Program-made: the position numbers and the translations under genes
Shown: piece after piece, positions 1-6,511 of the stretch
How positions within the stretch are numbered: the first letter of the stretch is position 1
Layout: each line of letters starts with the position of its first letter
Assembly: GCA_965247685.1 (NCBI GenBank)
Contig: OZ252021.1
Span: 630,001 to 662,000 of the forward strand
Reading direction: 5' to 3'
DNA: 32,000 nt
Source: Bdellovibrionales bacterium
GTDB lineage: Bacteria > Bdellovibrionota > Bdellovibrionia > Bdellovibrionales > UBA1609
Notes under the pieces: model-generated
The model's input: the letters and a program-made list of their open reading frames with translations, nothing else
Databases searched by the model: none
What the model was told of the DNA's origin: nothing

Positions 1-1
1 G

Positions 2-142
2 ATGGGAGGTGATCTAGGTATTGAATTGTTGAGACCATTGATAGAAGATCCAGATCCTGATGTTAGAAGAATGGCTGCTTATTATGCGAAGAAGATGGGA
101 GGCAAGGGCTTAGAGTTGTTAATAAGAGAAGATGACAAATGA
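2..142 (+). CDS. 3' end of a HEAT/PBS-lyase-like repeat protein (5' end off-window)
   Basis: This frame is open from the window edge to TGA at 140-142. The translation ..GDLGIELLRPLIEDPDPDVRRMAAYYAKKMGGKGLELLIREDDK shows the L..LL.D.D..VR..AA pattern of HEAT-type repeats. It is absent from the ORF track because the window edge truncates it. Confidence 0.45.
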   Translation: MGGDLGIELLRPLIEDPDPDVRRMAAYYAKKMGGKGLELLIREDDK

Positions 143-264
143 TAAAGACTCCTATGTCAATAGGCTTTGAGTTATTGCAAACGATGATAGATGATGGAGA
201 TTCTGATATCAAAACACTTGTAAACCAGTATCTATCTGAATTAAAAAATGAGGACAAAAAATAA
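139..264 (+). CDS. 41-aa ORF, HEAT-repeat-like; either a coupled small gene or the frameshifted tail of the upstream gene
   Basis: The ATG at 139-141 overlaps the upstream TGA (ATGA overlap). The translation MIKTPMSIGFELLQTMIDDGDSDIKTLVNQYLSELKNEDKK again resembles a HEAT repeat (LL..M.D.D.D). It is too short for the ORF track. Confidence 0.3.
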   Translation: MIKTPMSIGFELLQTMIDDGDSDIKTLVNQYLSELKNEDKK

Positions 265-387
265 CTAATTTTTACAATTTCTTCTCAAAAACTCGAAGAA
301 GGTTATTATAACTAAATAATTATTAAAAATTAAAAAAAACTATTTATTTGCCGATAATTAGTATATCCTATACAAGGAGTAAAGGTT

Positions 388-1026
388 ATGAAAAAGCACT
401 ATTTGTATGATGATGGTTGTGACTTTTTGAAAACCTATTGGTTTTTTAAACTGTCTTTTCTATTAATTTCTTTAAGCTTTTGCTTTTCAAGTGTATCAGA
501 CGATACGTCATTTCAAGTGCAAAACCAAAAAGCATCTTCCTATTTTGCATTAGTTTCTAATAACAGAAAAGAAAACCCTGTTAACAACAATAACAAGGTT
601 GAAAAACAACCTTCAAGAGAAAGAGAAAGAGAAAGAGAAAGAGAAAGAGAAAGAGAAAGAGAAAGAGAAAGAGAAAGAGAAAGAGAAAGAGAAAGAGAAA
701 GAGAAGATAGAAAGCTATCTTTTAGAGAACGAATGGAACAAAGAAGAAAGGAAAAACCCGTAGCAAGAGGGATTATTATTCGATTCAATAACAAGAGCTG
801 GCCAAATAAAGAACAAACTCAATTAATTTCTAAATACTTGGCAGACAATAATCTAATAAAGGAACGTGAATTTGAAGACCCCAAAATGTGGGTTATGGAT
901 TGGAAAGAAGGAGGCAATAAACCTGCTCCTAAAGCTCTGACTATTTGTCAAGGCTTACCTTCTACGATTTCTACTATAACAGATTATTGTGAACCGAATA
1001 TGTTACATCGCCTGAATTTCTTGTAA
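388..1026 (+). CDS. Exported or membrane-anchored hypothetical protein with an (Arg-Glu)15 repeat linker
   Basis: 212-aa ORF with AAGGAG 8 nt upstream of the ATG. There is an N-terminal hydrophobic segment (FFKLSFLLISLSFCF) and a central SRERERE...REDRK tract. The C-terminal ~90 aa (GIIIRFNNK...ITDYCEPN) resembles a protease-propeptide (I9-like) domain only weakly. Confidence 0.7.
   Translation: MKKHYLYDDGCDFLKTYWFFKLSFLLISLSFCFSSVSDDTSFQVQNQKASSYFALVSNNRKENPVNNNNKVEKQPSREREREREREREREREREREREREREREREDRKLSFRERMEQRRKEKPVARGIIIRFNNKSWPNKEQTQLISKYLADNNLIKEREFEDPKMWVMDWKEGGNKPAPKALTICQGLPSTISTITDYCEPNMLHRLNFL
616..705 (+). repeat. Perfect hexanucleotide microsatellite (AGAGAA)x15, in frame, encoding (RE)15
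   Basis: Counted directly: 15 uninterrupted AGAGAA units from 616 to 705, followed by GAT. The antisense (SL)n ORF at 540..794 is its mirror image. Confidence 0.95.
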
Positions 1027-1061
1027 AATAAATAGTGTGCAATCGTCGATAGCATATCTTC

Positions 1062-1455
1062 ATCACCAAAGTAAAGTCTTATCAAACCTGTATATCACCA
1101 GAAAATAGATTAAGCCCTGTATGTGTGCAAGCCTCTCTTATCCTATGTAGCATGAACCATGCTGTTTTTTGAGTGACTCCAATCTGCTTTGATAATTGAA
1201 GGCTAGAGATTCCCTTACGGGCTGTTTGGAGTAAGTAGATCGTATATAGCCATTTTCTTAAATGAATCTTTGATCTATGAAAAATCGTTCCTGTTCTTAC
1301 TGTAAAAATTTCTCTGCAATCTTTACATCTGTAATATGGGAACTTTCTTTTAGCTATTCTTTCAGAGCTACATTTAGGGTAATTTACACCCTCTTTCCAT
1401 CTGTGATATTTTCAAAGAATTTAATAGCTTTCTTTTCGGTTGAAAACTTTTCCAT
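1062..1455 (-). pseudogene. IS1595-family (ISXO2-like) transposase remnant: N-terminal zinc-ribbon/HTH part only, frameshifted, DDE domain missing
   Basis: My minus-strand translation reads MEKFSTEKKAIKFFENI, then a frameshift near 1403-1407, then HRWKEGVNYPKCSSERIAKRKFPYYRCKDCREIFTVRTGTIFHRSKIHLRKWLYTIYLLQTARKGISSLQLSKQIGVTQKTAWFMLHRIREACTHTGLNLFSGDIQV*, then a decayed ..YFGGD. The pattern (RW..GV.CP.C ... Y.C..C...F.V.TGTIF..SK..L.KW..AIYL......KGISS.QL...LGVTQKTAWFM.HRIR) is typical of IS1595-family N-termini. There is no intact ORF, so it is absent from the track. Confidence 0.7.
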
Positions 1456-1543
1456 AAACTGATAACTCCCTATAATCACAGTATATAATACTATGTTTGG
1501 AAAGTTAAGTATGTAATTTTTATTTTTAGCCTATTTTTGGAGG

Positions 1544-1780
1544 TTATTCGTTTTTAGATTTTACCCCTCGAGTTTCCCTCTTTGTTGTTTCTTTAGCTTT
1601 AGTTTCTATTTCTAAAGAGCATTGAGGAAGATGAGAACCATGAGTTGCACAGGGAGACTCTCTAAGTTCTGCAGAAAACGCACCAAAAGAGTGACTAGCA
1701 GTTTTACATTCTTCAGAACTCACTAAGGCTTGTGTGCTAAGGTTTGAAAATAAAAAAATAAACAGACCAATATAACGCAT
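1544..1780 (-). CDS. Small secreted Cys/His-containing protein (hypothetical)
   Basis: 78-aa ORF with a strong AGGAGG upstream of the ATG. It has a signal-peptide-like N-terminus (MRYIGLFIFLFSNLSTQA). The mature part has 3 Cys next to His residues (CKTASH, CATHGSH, PQC) and a basic tail. Confidence 0.6.
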   Translation of the reverse strand: MRYIGLFIFLFSNLSTQALVSSEECKTASHSFGAFSAELRESPCATHGSHLPQCSLEIETKAKETTKRETRGVKSKNE

Positions 1781-1897
1781 AAATAACCTCCTCGTGAGAA
1801 CCTATCGGATACAAGAAGATTATACTTTAATTTTATAAATTGTGGGGTTTTTTTATTTCACAAATAAGACAAATATCTTGGATAAATCCTTCTTTTT

Positions 1898-4800
1898 TTA
1901 TAAAGGAGGGGCTTCAGGTGGTGTTTGGGCGTTTAGACTTTTCCACAAGGATAGAATCTCTTTCATAGAGCTATAGTTCCTCTTAATTTCCTCTCGATCT
2001 ACTGAATGAGGTCTGCCAGGAACGAGTCCTAATATATTCAAATTAACAGGAGCATAATCTGATACAGCTTCTAAAGGAGATTTATGATTATAGTCACGAA
2101 TGAGATGCGCAAGTTCATTCTGATATTGAATAAATTTAGACTCCATTTCCGCTAGTTCATTTATCTTCTTATAATTTTCAATAGTAGTTAAGTTCTCCTC
2201 TGCATTAGTTCCATCATATATAGAGTTGAAAGCTTTCTTTAGCTCGTCACCTAAATTTCCACTCATAGCCAATTCTTTATATTTTCTTTTCACCTCATTT
2301 AGTTTCTCTTTATAAGTATCAAAGGTTTGTGTAAATTGTTTATATGAATTTTGAAGTTCATCTGTAACTATCATTTTTTCGTGGAAAGATTCACTTGTTA
2401 ATGGGAAGCTGCCGTTTATGAGTACTTCTGTGGAAAGTTCAGATTGATCATAAAACTTATGAAATGCTTTTTCAGCTTCTAATAGCATTTGTTCGACTTC
2501 AAGATATTCTTCTTGAAGTTCTTGTGGAGGGTTTTTTAATGCATCTTCAAAGGACTGATTAATGGTACGTATTGCATGATTTACCTTGGCAAGTAAACTG
2601 GAATTCTCTGTTTGTAACTTTCTAATATCTTTCTTTATATCTTCTTTAATCTCTCTTTTCTTTTCTATTTCATTGACTAATTTACTAATTTCTTCCACAC
2701 TTTTTAAGTACTCACTGTCTAACTTATCAGAACGATCTGTTTCAAAATCTTTTCCGTTGTTTTTGTAAAAATCTTGTATAGTAGGTACATAGGATTCTTT
2801 TTCTTGTTGAGACATTTTAATAAAACTTCTAAGAAGAGACTTAAACTTTTCCAGCTCTACACCGTTGAGCATTTCAATTGGAGGGTATTTACTTCTAAAA
2901 TCTGCAAAGGAGGAGGAGTCCTTCATAACATTAAAAATAAGACCTTTCCTTTTTTTATTCACTGGTTGTGTAATTAATAAATTCTTTAATGCCATTTTAT
3001 CCTCTGAATTTAAATTTAGACTTTCAGAGTATTTTTCTATAAATTCCATTAAGGATGAAGAGTGCTGAATTGTTTCTAAAATATGAGGAGAAAAGGATAT
3101 GGGTTTTGATAGAATAAGGAATAATTGGTTCTTCTCGTCGTTTGTTAAATTTTTATATTTATGTTGAAAGTTATCAAAGAAGAACTCAGAGAACTGGGTA
3201 GGAGTACTCAATAGAGTAATAAAAGTGTCGTGCAAATCTGTTGGGTCAGACATCTCCTCCATCTTTTGTATTATGGAGGAAATCTGTTTTGTCATTTTAG
3301 GTGTTAGTTCGAACATCTTAGAGTATTCCTCTACAAAATCTTGCAAAGAAGAGGTATTCTTAAGAATGCTAATATTTGAGTCTTCGATAGGTCGAAAACC
3401 CTTAGATAAAAAGAAAAATAATTTTCTTTTCTCCTCCCATTTCAATGGATGTTCTAATATACTAATATTCAGTGGATATTCTAAATTACGGTTTGGAGTA
3501 AGAGCCTTATTTAGTTCAAAAAGACCTCTTTGGAATACAAGAATCAAATGGTCTTTTTTTATTCTTTGTATATGTTTTATTAATAAGAGTTGATTAATTT
3601 CTTCCGTGATTTGTCTTTGTTTGTTTATATTTTTTTGTTTCACAATTCCAAATTTTTTATGTTCTTCAAAATATATATGATCAAACCAATTTCGAAAAGA
3701 CAAATCATTAGACCATAATTGAGCTATTTGAATAATGTAATTGTTTTTTTCATGCCGATTATTATGTTTTTTGAGTTCTTCCAAACTAATTTTGGAGTTT
3801 GTTTTATTGTTCAGAGTTTCCAATATGAATGCAACGGTCTCTTGAAGATGAATAGGATGAGAAGTTTCTTTATTGATATAATTAGCTAGAAGGTGTCCCA
3901 CCATAACAGGATCATCTTCGTTGCCTAGGGTTTTTTCTTTATCAAAGTATATTGTTTTCACATTGGTTAATCGATCATAGTATTGTTTGAATAGATTTTC
4001 AAAACCTAAGTATACAAGTTGGTCGTACTTTCCCATCAAAAAAAGAGTTGGTAGATACTGATCTCCTTTATGTGCAGGGAATGAATAATCAACTTCATGC
4101 AACCCTACAGATGTAAATAGACTGTTAAGTAGACTTATTTTGTTATTCTGAATTAGATTGTGAATAATATTATTTTCTGGTAAGACAAGTTGATTTGTTT
4201 TTTTTCGAGCTATATTTATCCTACGGTTGTAGTCTTTAAGCATTTTCCTGGTTGGGAGTTTTGAGTTGTGAATAGGGGCAGAAGCAATGATAACACCTTG
4301 AAGTGAGGGGTGGAAAGGGTTGTCTTTGTTGTCTGACATTTGCATAATTATTTCTGCAAATGCTCCTCCAAAACTGTGGCCATATACAAAAAGAGGGACA
4401 TTTGGAGGGATGTATTTTTTTGTAAACTCGCTTATAGCTAAAACATGTTCTTTCAGACTTCTAATCTCCGTAGATCCATTGCCATGCACAGGGAGATCAA
4501 TTGCAATCCCATCCATACCGAATCGAGATATATGACCAATTTCTTCGGTAAAGTTTGAACTGGTTGCAGTACGAGTTCCTCCTCCATGTAAAAATAAAAC
4601 TGCTGCTTTAGCGGATGGACCTACGAGCCATTTGTGATGTGGACTATTAGAATGAAAGTTATCGTACAGTGCCGCTCTGTTAAAAATCACATTAGTCCAA
4701 AATGTTTCATCTTTATACGGATAACTAGCTCGGGCAATGATTGCCACTCCAGGCTCGGGGAGTCGAACAATCGTAGGTGAGGGAGAATAAGGAAGGGAAT

Positions 4801-5125
4801 GATTGATAGGATGCACTCCATCAGGGAGTAAGAATTGAAGCATGCTAGGGGTTTTGATATAAGGAGGTCGATTCCATAACTTTGCTCTTTCCTGATTCTC
4901 TATAATAGTATCACGAGGGTGATAGTCTGCACTCTTTTCACTTTCTTGCTTTCTAACGATTTCTTCGGATAAGAGCTTTGTGAAAGGTATTCTTCCAATA
5001 CTAGATTCACAGTCTTCTGCGAACACTATAAATGGTGAGACTAAAGAAAAAATCAAACTAGCAAAAAGAGTTAGAGAAATATTTTTTGTGAACTTAGGTC
5101 TATTTTTAATAAGCAGATATAACAC
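1898..5125 (-). CDS. Large secreted alpha/beta-hydrolase (serine esterase/lipase-like) with helical repeats and a coiled-coil C-terminus
   Basis: 1075-aa ORF with a GTG start preceded by AAGGA. Signal peptide: basic n-region, then ISLTLFASLIFSLVSPFIVFA|ED. There is an HGGG motif (LFLHGGGT) and a GHSFG nucleophile elbow (Ser251, codon 4373-4375), with candidate Asp368 (GKYDQL) and His411 (MVGHLL). Residues ~583-770 hold four ~45-aa repeats and ~800-1010 is heptad-like and charged. Confidence 0.85.
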   Translation of the reverse strand: MLYLLIKNRPKFTKNISLTLFASLIFSLVSPFIVFAEDCESSIGRIPFTKLLSEEIVRKQESEKSADYHPRDTIIENQERAKLWNRPPYIKTPSMLQFLLPDGVHPINHSLPYSPSPTIVRLPEPGVAIIARASYPYKDETFWTNVIFNRAALYDNFHSNSPHHKWLVGPSAKAAVLFLHGGGTRTATSSNFTEEIGHISRFGMDGIAIDLPVHGNGSTEIRSLKEHVLAISEFTKKYIPPNVPLFVYGHSFGGAFAEIIMQMSDNKDNPFHPSLQGVIIASAPIHNSKLPTRKMLKDYNRRINIARKKTNQLVLPENNIIHNLIQNNKISLLNSLFTSVGLHEVDYSFPAHKGDQYLPTLFLMGKYDQLVYLGFENLFKQYYDRLTNVKTIYFDKEKTLGNEDDPVMVGHLLANYINKETSHPIHLQETVAFILETLNNKTNSKISLEELKKHNNRHEKNNYIIQIAQLWSNDLSFRNWFDHIYFEEHKKFGIVKQKNINKQRQITEEINQLLLIKHIQRIKKDHLILVFQRGLFELNKALTPNRNLEYPLNISILEHPLKWEEKRKLFFFLSKGFRPIEDSNISILKNTSSLQDFVEEYSKMFELTPKMTKQISSIIQKMEEMSDPTDLHDTFITLLSTPTQFSEFFFDNFQHKYKNLTNDEKNQLFLILSKPISFSPHILETIQHSSSLMEFIEKYSESLNLNSEDKMALKNLLITQPVNKKRKGLIFNVMKDSSSFADFRSKYPPIEMLNGVELEKFKSLLRSFIKMSQQEKESYVPTIQDFYKNNGKDFETDRSDKLDSEYLKSVEEISKLVNEIEKKREIKEDIKKDIRKLQTENSSLLAKVNHAIRTINQSFEDALKNPPQELQEEYLEVEQMLLEAEKAFHKFYDQSELSTEVLINGSFPLTSESFHEKMIVTDELQNSYKQFTQTFDTYKEKLNEVKRKYKELAMSGNLGDELKKAFNSIYDGTNAEENLTTIENYKKINELAEMESKFIQYQNELAHLIRDYNHKSPLEAVSDYAPVNLNILGLVPGRPHSVDREEIKRNYSSMKEILSLWKSLNAQTPPEAPPL

Positions 5126-5222
5126 AGTTTTCCTTATCCTTTCCTTCCTTAACTTCGCGTGTAATCTACCATAAAAATAAACACTTTTATAGAAGAACTA
5201 ATACGTCATAATTTATTTTTTT

Positions 5223-5239
5223 GTGTAAAATTTTCACAC
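5223..5239. promoter_or_regulatory. Imperfect palindrome GTGTAAAATTTTCACAC, 98-114 nt upstream of the hydrolase start; candidate operator
   Basis: Read directly from the sequence. A closely related palindrome lies at the same distance upstream of the J-domain giant (27875-27889). Confidence 0.3.
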
Positions 5240-5281
5240 TATATGTATAATTTAGATCGATAAGGTATTTTTTCTATTATG

Positions 5282-5441
5282 GCGGAAAGAGAGAGGGGGA
5301 TTCGCGTACTACAGTTGTTCGCATCTAGCTCACAACTTTGCGTAGGTTCACTTCAAGCACTAAGCAAAACATCCAGTTTTGCTTCTCCATATTAGCTGTT
5401 TTCACAGCCAACATGGATCGCTCTTTCACTTCGAATCCCCC
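5282..5441 (-). other. Degenerate tRNA-Ser-derived element (partial tRNA copy, att-like scar or unknown small RNA)
   Basis: 5282-5304 (gcggaaagagagagggggattcg) copies the 3' end of the adjacent tRNA-Ser gene (5491-5509, gcggagagagggggattcg) with a 4-nt insertion. An inverted copy of the T-arm segment (cgaatccccc) sits at 5432-5441. Internally, GCTGT-GAAA-ACAGC resembles the tRNA-Ser anticodon stem. A 7-bp hairpin lies at 5364-5382 (gcaaaac/gttttgc). Confidence 0.4.
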
Positions 5442-5491
5442 ATTATGATAAAAAGGTATGACATCTTCGGCATCATATCTTTTTTATCATG

Positions 5492-5580
5492 CGGAGAGAG
5501 GGGGATTCGAACCCCCGGTATGGTATTATCCATACGGCTGTTTAGCAAACAGCTGGTTTCAGCCACTCACCCATCTCTCC
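5492..5580 (-). tRNA. tRNA-Ser (anticodon GCU), type II with long variable arm
   Basis: Folded by hand on the minus strand: acceptor GGAGAGA/TCTCTCC; 3-bp D stem; anticodon stem GCTGT/ACAGC with loop TTGCTAA; variable arm GTATGG/CCATAC; T arm GGGGG-TTCGAAT-CCCCC; discriminator G. CCA is not encoded. Confidence 0.93.
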
Positions 5581-5593
5581 TTTATGTTTTTTC

Positions 5594-5621
5594 AGTATAT
5601 AACTTTTTATCAAGACAGCAA
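5594..5621 (-). promoter_or_regulatory. Candidate sigma70-type promoter for tRNA-Ser
   Basis: On the minus strand: TTGCTG (5616-5621), a 16-nt spacer, then TATACT (5594-5599), ending 13 nt upstream of the mature tRNA 5' end. Confidence 0.3.
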
Positions 5622-5702
5622 TTCAAAAGATAAAAAAATCATTCAGAAATTTTTCAGTAATTTCTTGATTTTTGCTTCAATAATTTCTAACAAGGTTATA
5701 GG

Positions 5703-5776
5703 GCGCCCGTAGCTCATCTGGATAGAGTACCTGACTACGGATCAGGAGGTAGTAGGTTCAAATCCTACCGGGCGCG
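5703..5776 (+). tRNA. tRNA-Arg (anticodon ACG)
   Basis: Cloverleaf by hand: acceptor GCGCCCG/CGGGCGC; D arm GCTC..GAGT; anticodon stem CCTGA/TCAGG with loop CTACGGA; T arm GTAGG-TTCAAAT-CCTAC; discriminator G. CCA is not encoded. Confidence 0.95.
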
Positions 5777-5940
5777 CATATCAAGTATTTTTAATATTTT
5801 TTAGGAAAGATTTACAAAGTAAGACAGTTCTGTTACGAATTCGTCAAAAATTCTGGTTAAAGATTTTTTTTCCAAACAAAAGAAGTCTGAGAAAAAAAAG
5901 AGATCTCCAATGAGCTAAGTAAAGTTCTGCAAAAATCTTA

Positions 5941-6438
5941 TCAAGAGTTAGTTTGATCTAAATGTTTATTTGCATTAGGTAATTCGGGCAGCTCATTTTC
6001 CTCAATAATTTCATGAGAAGAAGTCATACTAGAAGCTAACCTCTCTTCTAATGAAGGAGTGGCGGTGGTGGTGCTAGATGAAGTTGCTGGTTTAGATTCT
6101 TTGAGAGTAGGTTTAAACAAACCAAGTTCGGCTAAGAAGTTAGATAAACTTCCATCTCCTTTCATAATAATATTTTTCAAAATATTTAACGGAGCAGAAT
6201 AAGTAGCATTTTTTTCAGCTCCAAAAATAATCTGAATTAAAGTCGTACTGGTAATGTCATTCTTAGTTTCATTATCAATTACTTGAACTTCCTCATCATT
6301 TCGAATCATTTTTGCAATATCACTAAGGACGACATAAGAACTTTGTTCTGTGTCGTATAACTTTCTATTGCCATACCTTTTTATAATTTTAGGTTCTTTT
6401 CTTTGTCGAGAGCTATCAGCAACATAATCTTGATTCAC
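5941..6438 (-). CDS. phaR: PhaR-family polyhydroxyalkanoate synthesis regulator (DNA-binding N-terminal domain)
   Basis: 165 aa, with a GTG start 6 nt after AGGAGG. The N-terminus IIKRYGNRKLYDTEQSSYVVLSDIAKMIRNDEEVQVIDNETKNDITSTTLIQIIF matches the conserved PhaR DNA-binding domain pattern (I.KY.NRRLYDT..S.Y.TL.D...). Confidence 0.85.
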   Translation of the reverse strand: MNQDYVADSSRQRKEPKIIKRYGNRKLYDTEQSSYVVLSDIAKMIRNDEEVQVIDNETKNDITSTTLIQIIFGAEKNATYSAPLNILKNIIMKGDGSLSNFLAELGLFKPTLKESKPATSSSTTTATPSLEERLASSMTSSHEIIEENELPELPNANKHLDQTNS

Positions 6439-6511
6439 TTATTACCTCCTAATTTTTTCTGATGGAGGATCATCGTAATCCATTAAGCCTTTCATCCTGA
6501 AAACTAAACAC

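Noticed and set aside
63-257. 64-aa minus-strand ORF at the window start
   Set aside because: It lies antisense to two plus-strand ORFs whose translations show HEAT-repeat signatures. Its own sequence is low-complexity and hydrophobic, with no recognisable features.
540-794. 84-aa minus-strand ORF with an (SL)n repeat
   Set aside because: It is the antisense reading of the (AGAGAA)15 tract inside the better-supported plus-strand gene, which has a strong RBS and an N-terminal signal. It has no RBS or independent support of its own.
1277-1462. 61-aa plus-strand ORF
   Set aside because: It lies antisense to the clearly recognisable IS1595-family transposase remnant, so it is an artefact of A+T-rich sequence.
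2586-5174. Six plus-strand ORFs (2586-2768, 2774-2977, 2865-3068, 3225-3593, 4320-4535, 4980-5174) nested in the hydrolase gene
   Set aside because: All are antisense to a 1075-aa ORF with clear catalytic motifs. Their products are Phe/Leu/Ile/Ser/Lys-rich, as expected from antisense reading of A+T-rich coding DNA.
5223-5239. Reading the upstream palindromes as CRP/FNR-type sites (TGTGA-N6-TCACA)
   Set aside because: The half-sites and spacing do not fit: the sequence reads TGTGT-N7-TCACA in one copy and GTGTAAA-N1-TTTACAC in the other. I report them only as an unassigned shared palindrome.
5282-5580. Possibility that this region is ssrA (tmRNA), standard or permuted
   Set aside because: The GGATTCGAA-like segment and a ..CCGCCA end recalled tmRNA. 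However, 5492-5580 folds as a complete, conventional tRNA-Ser. The remaining ~160 nt is far too short for tmRNA, and no T-stem 5' strand precedes CGAATCCCCC. The order of the complementary blocks fits neither a standard nor a circularly permuted tRNA-like domain. No plausible ..LAA-type tag ORF is present.
5379-5712. Two 84-aa plus-strand ORFs (5379-5633 and 5458-5712)
   Set aside because: They run through the tRNA-Ser gene and into tRNA-Arg, so the region is explained by RNA genes and their flanks.
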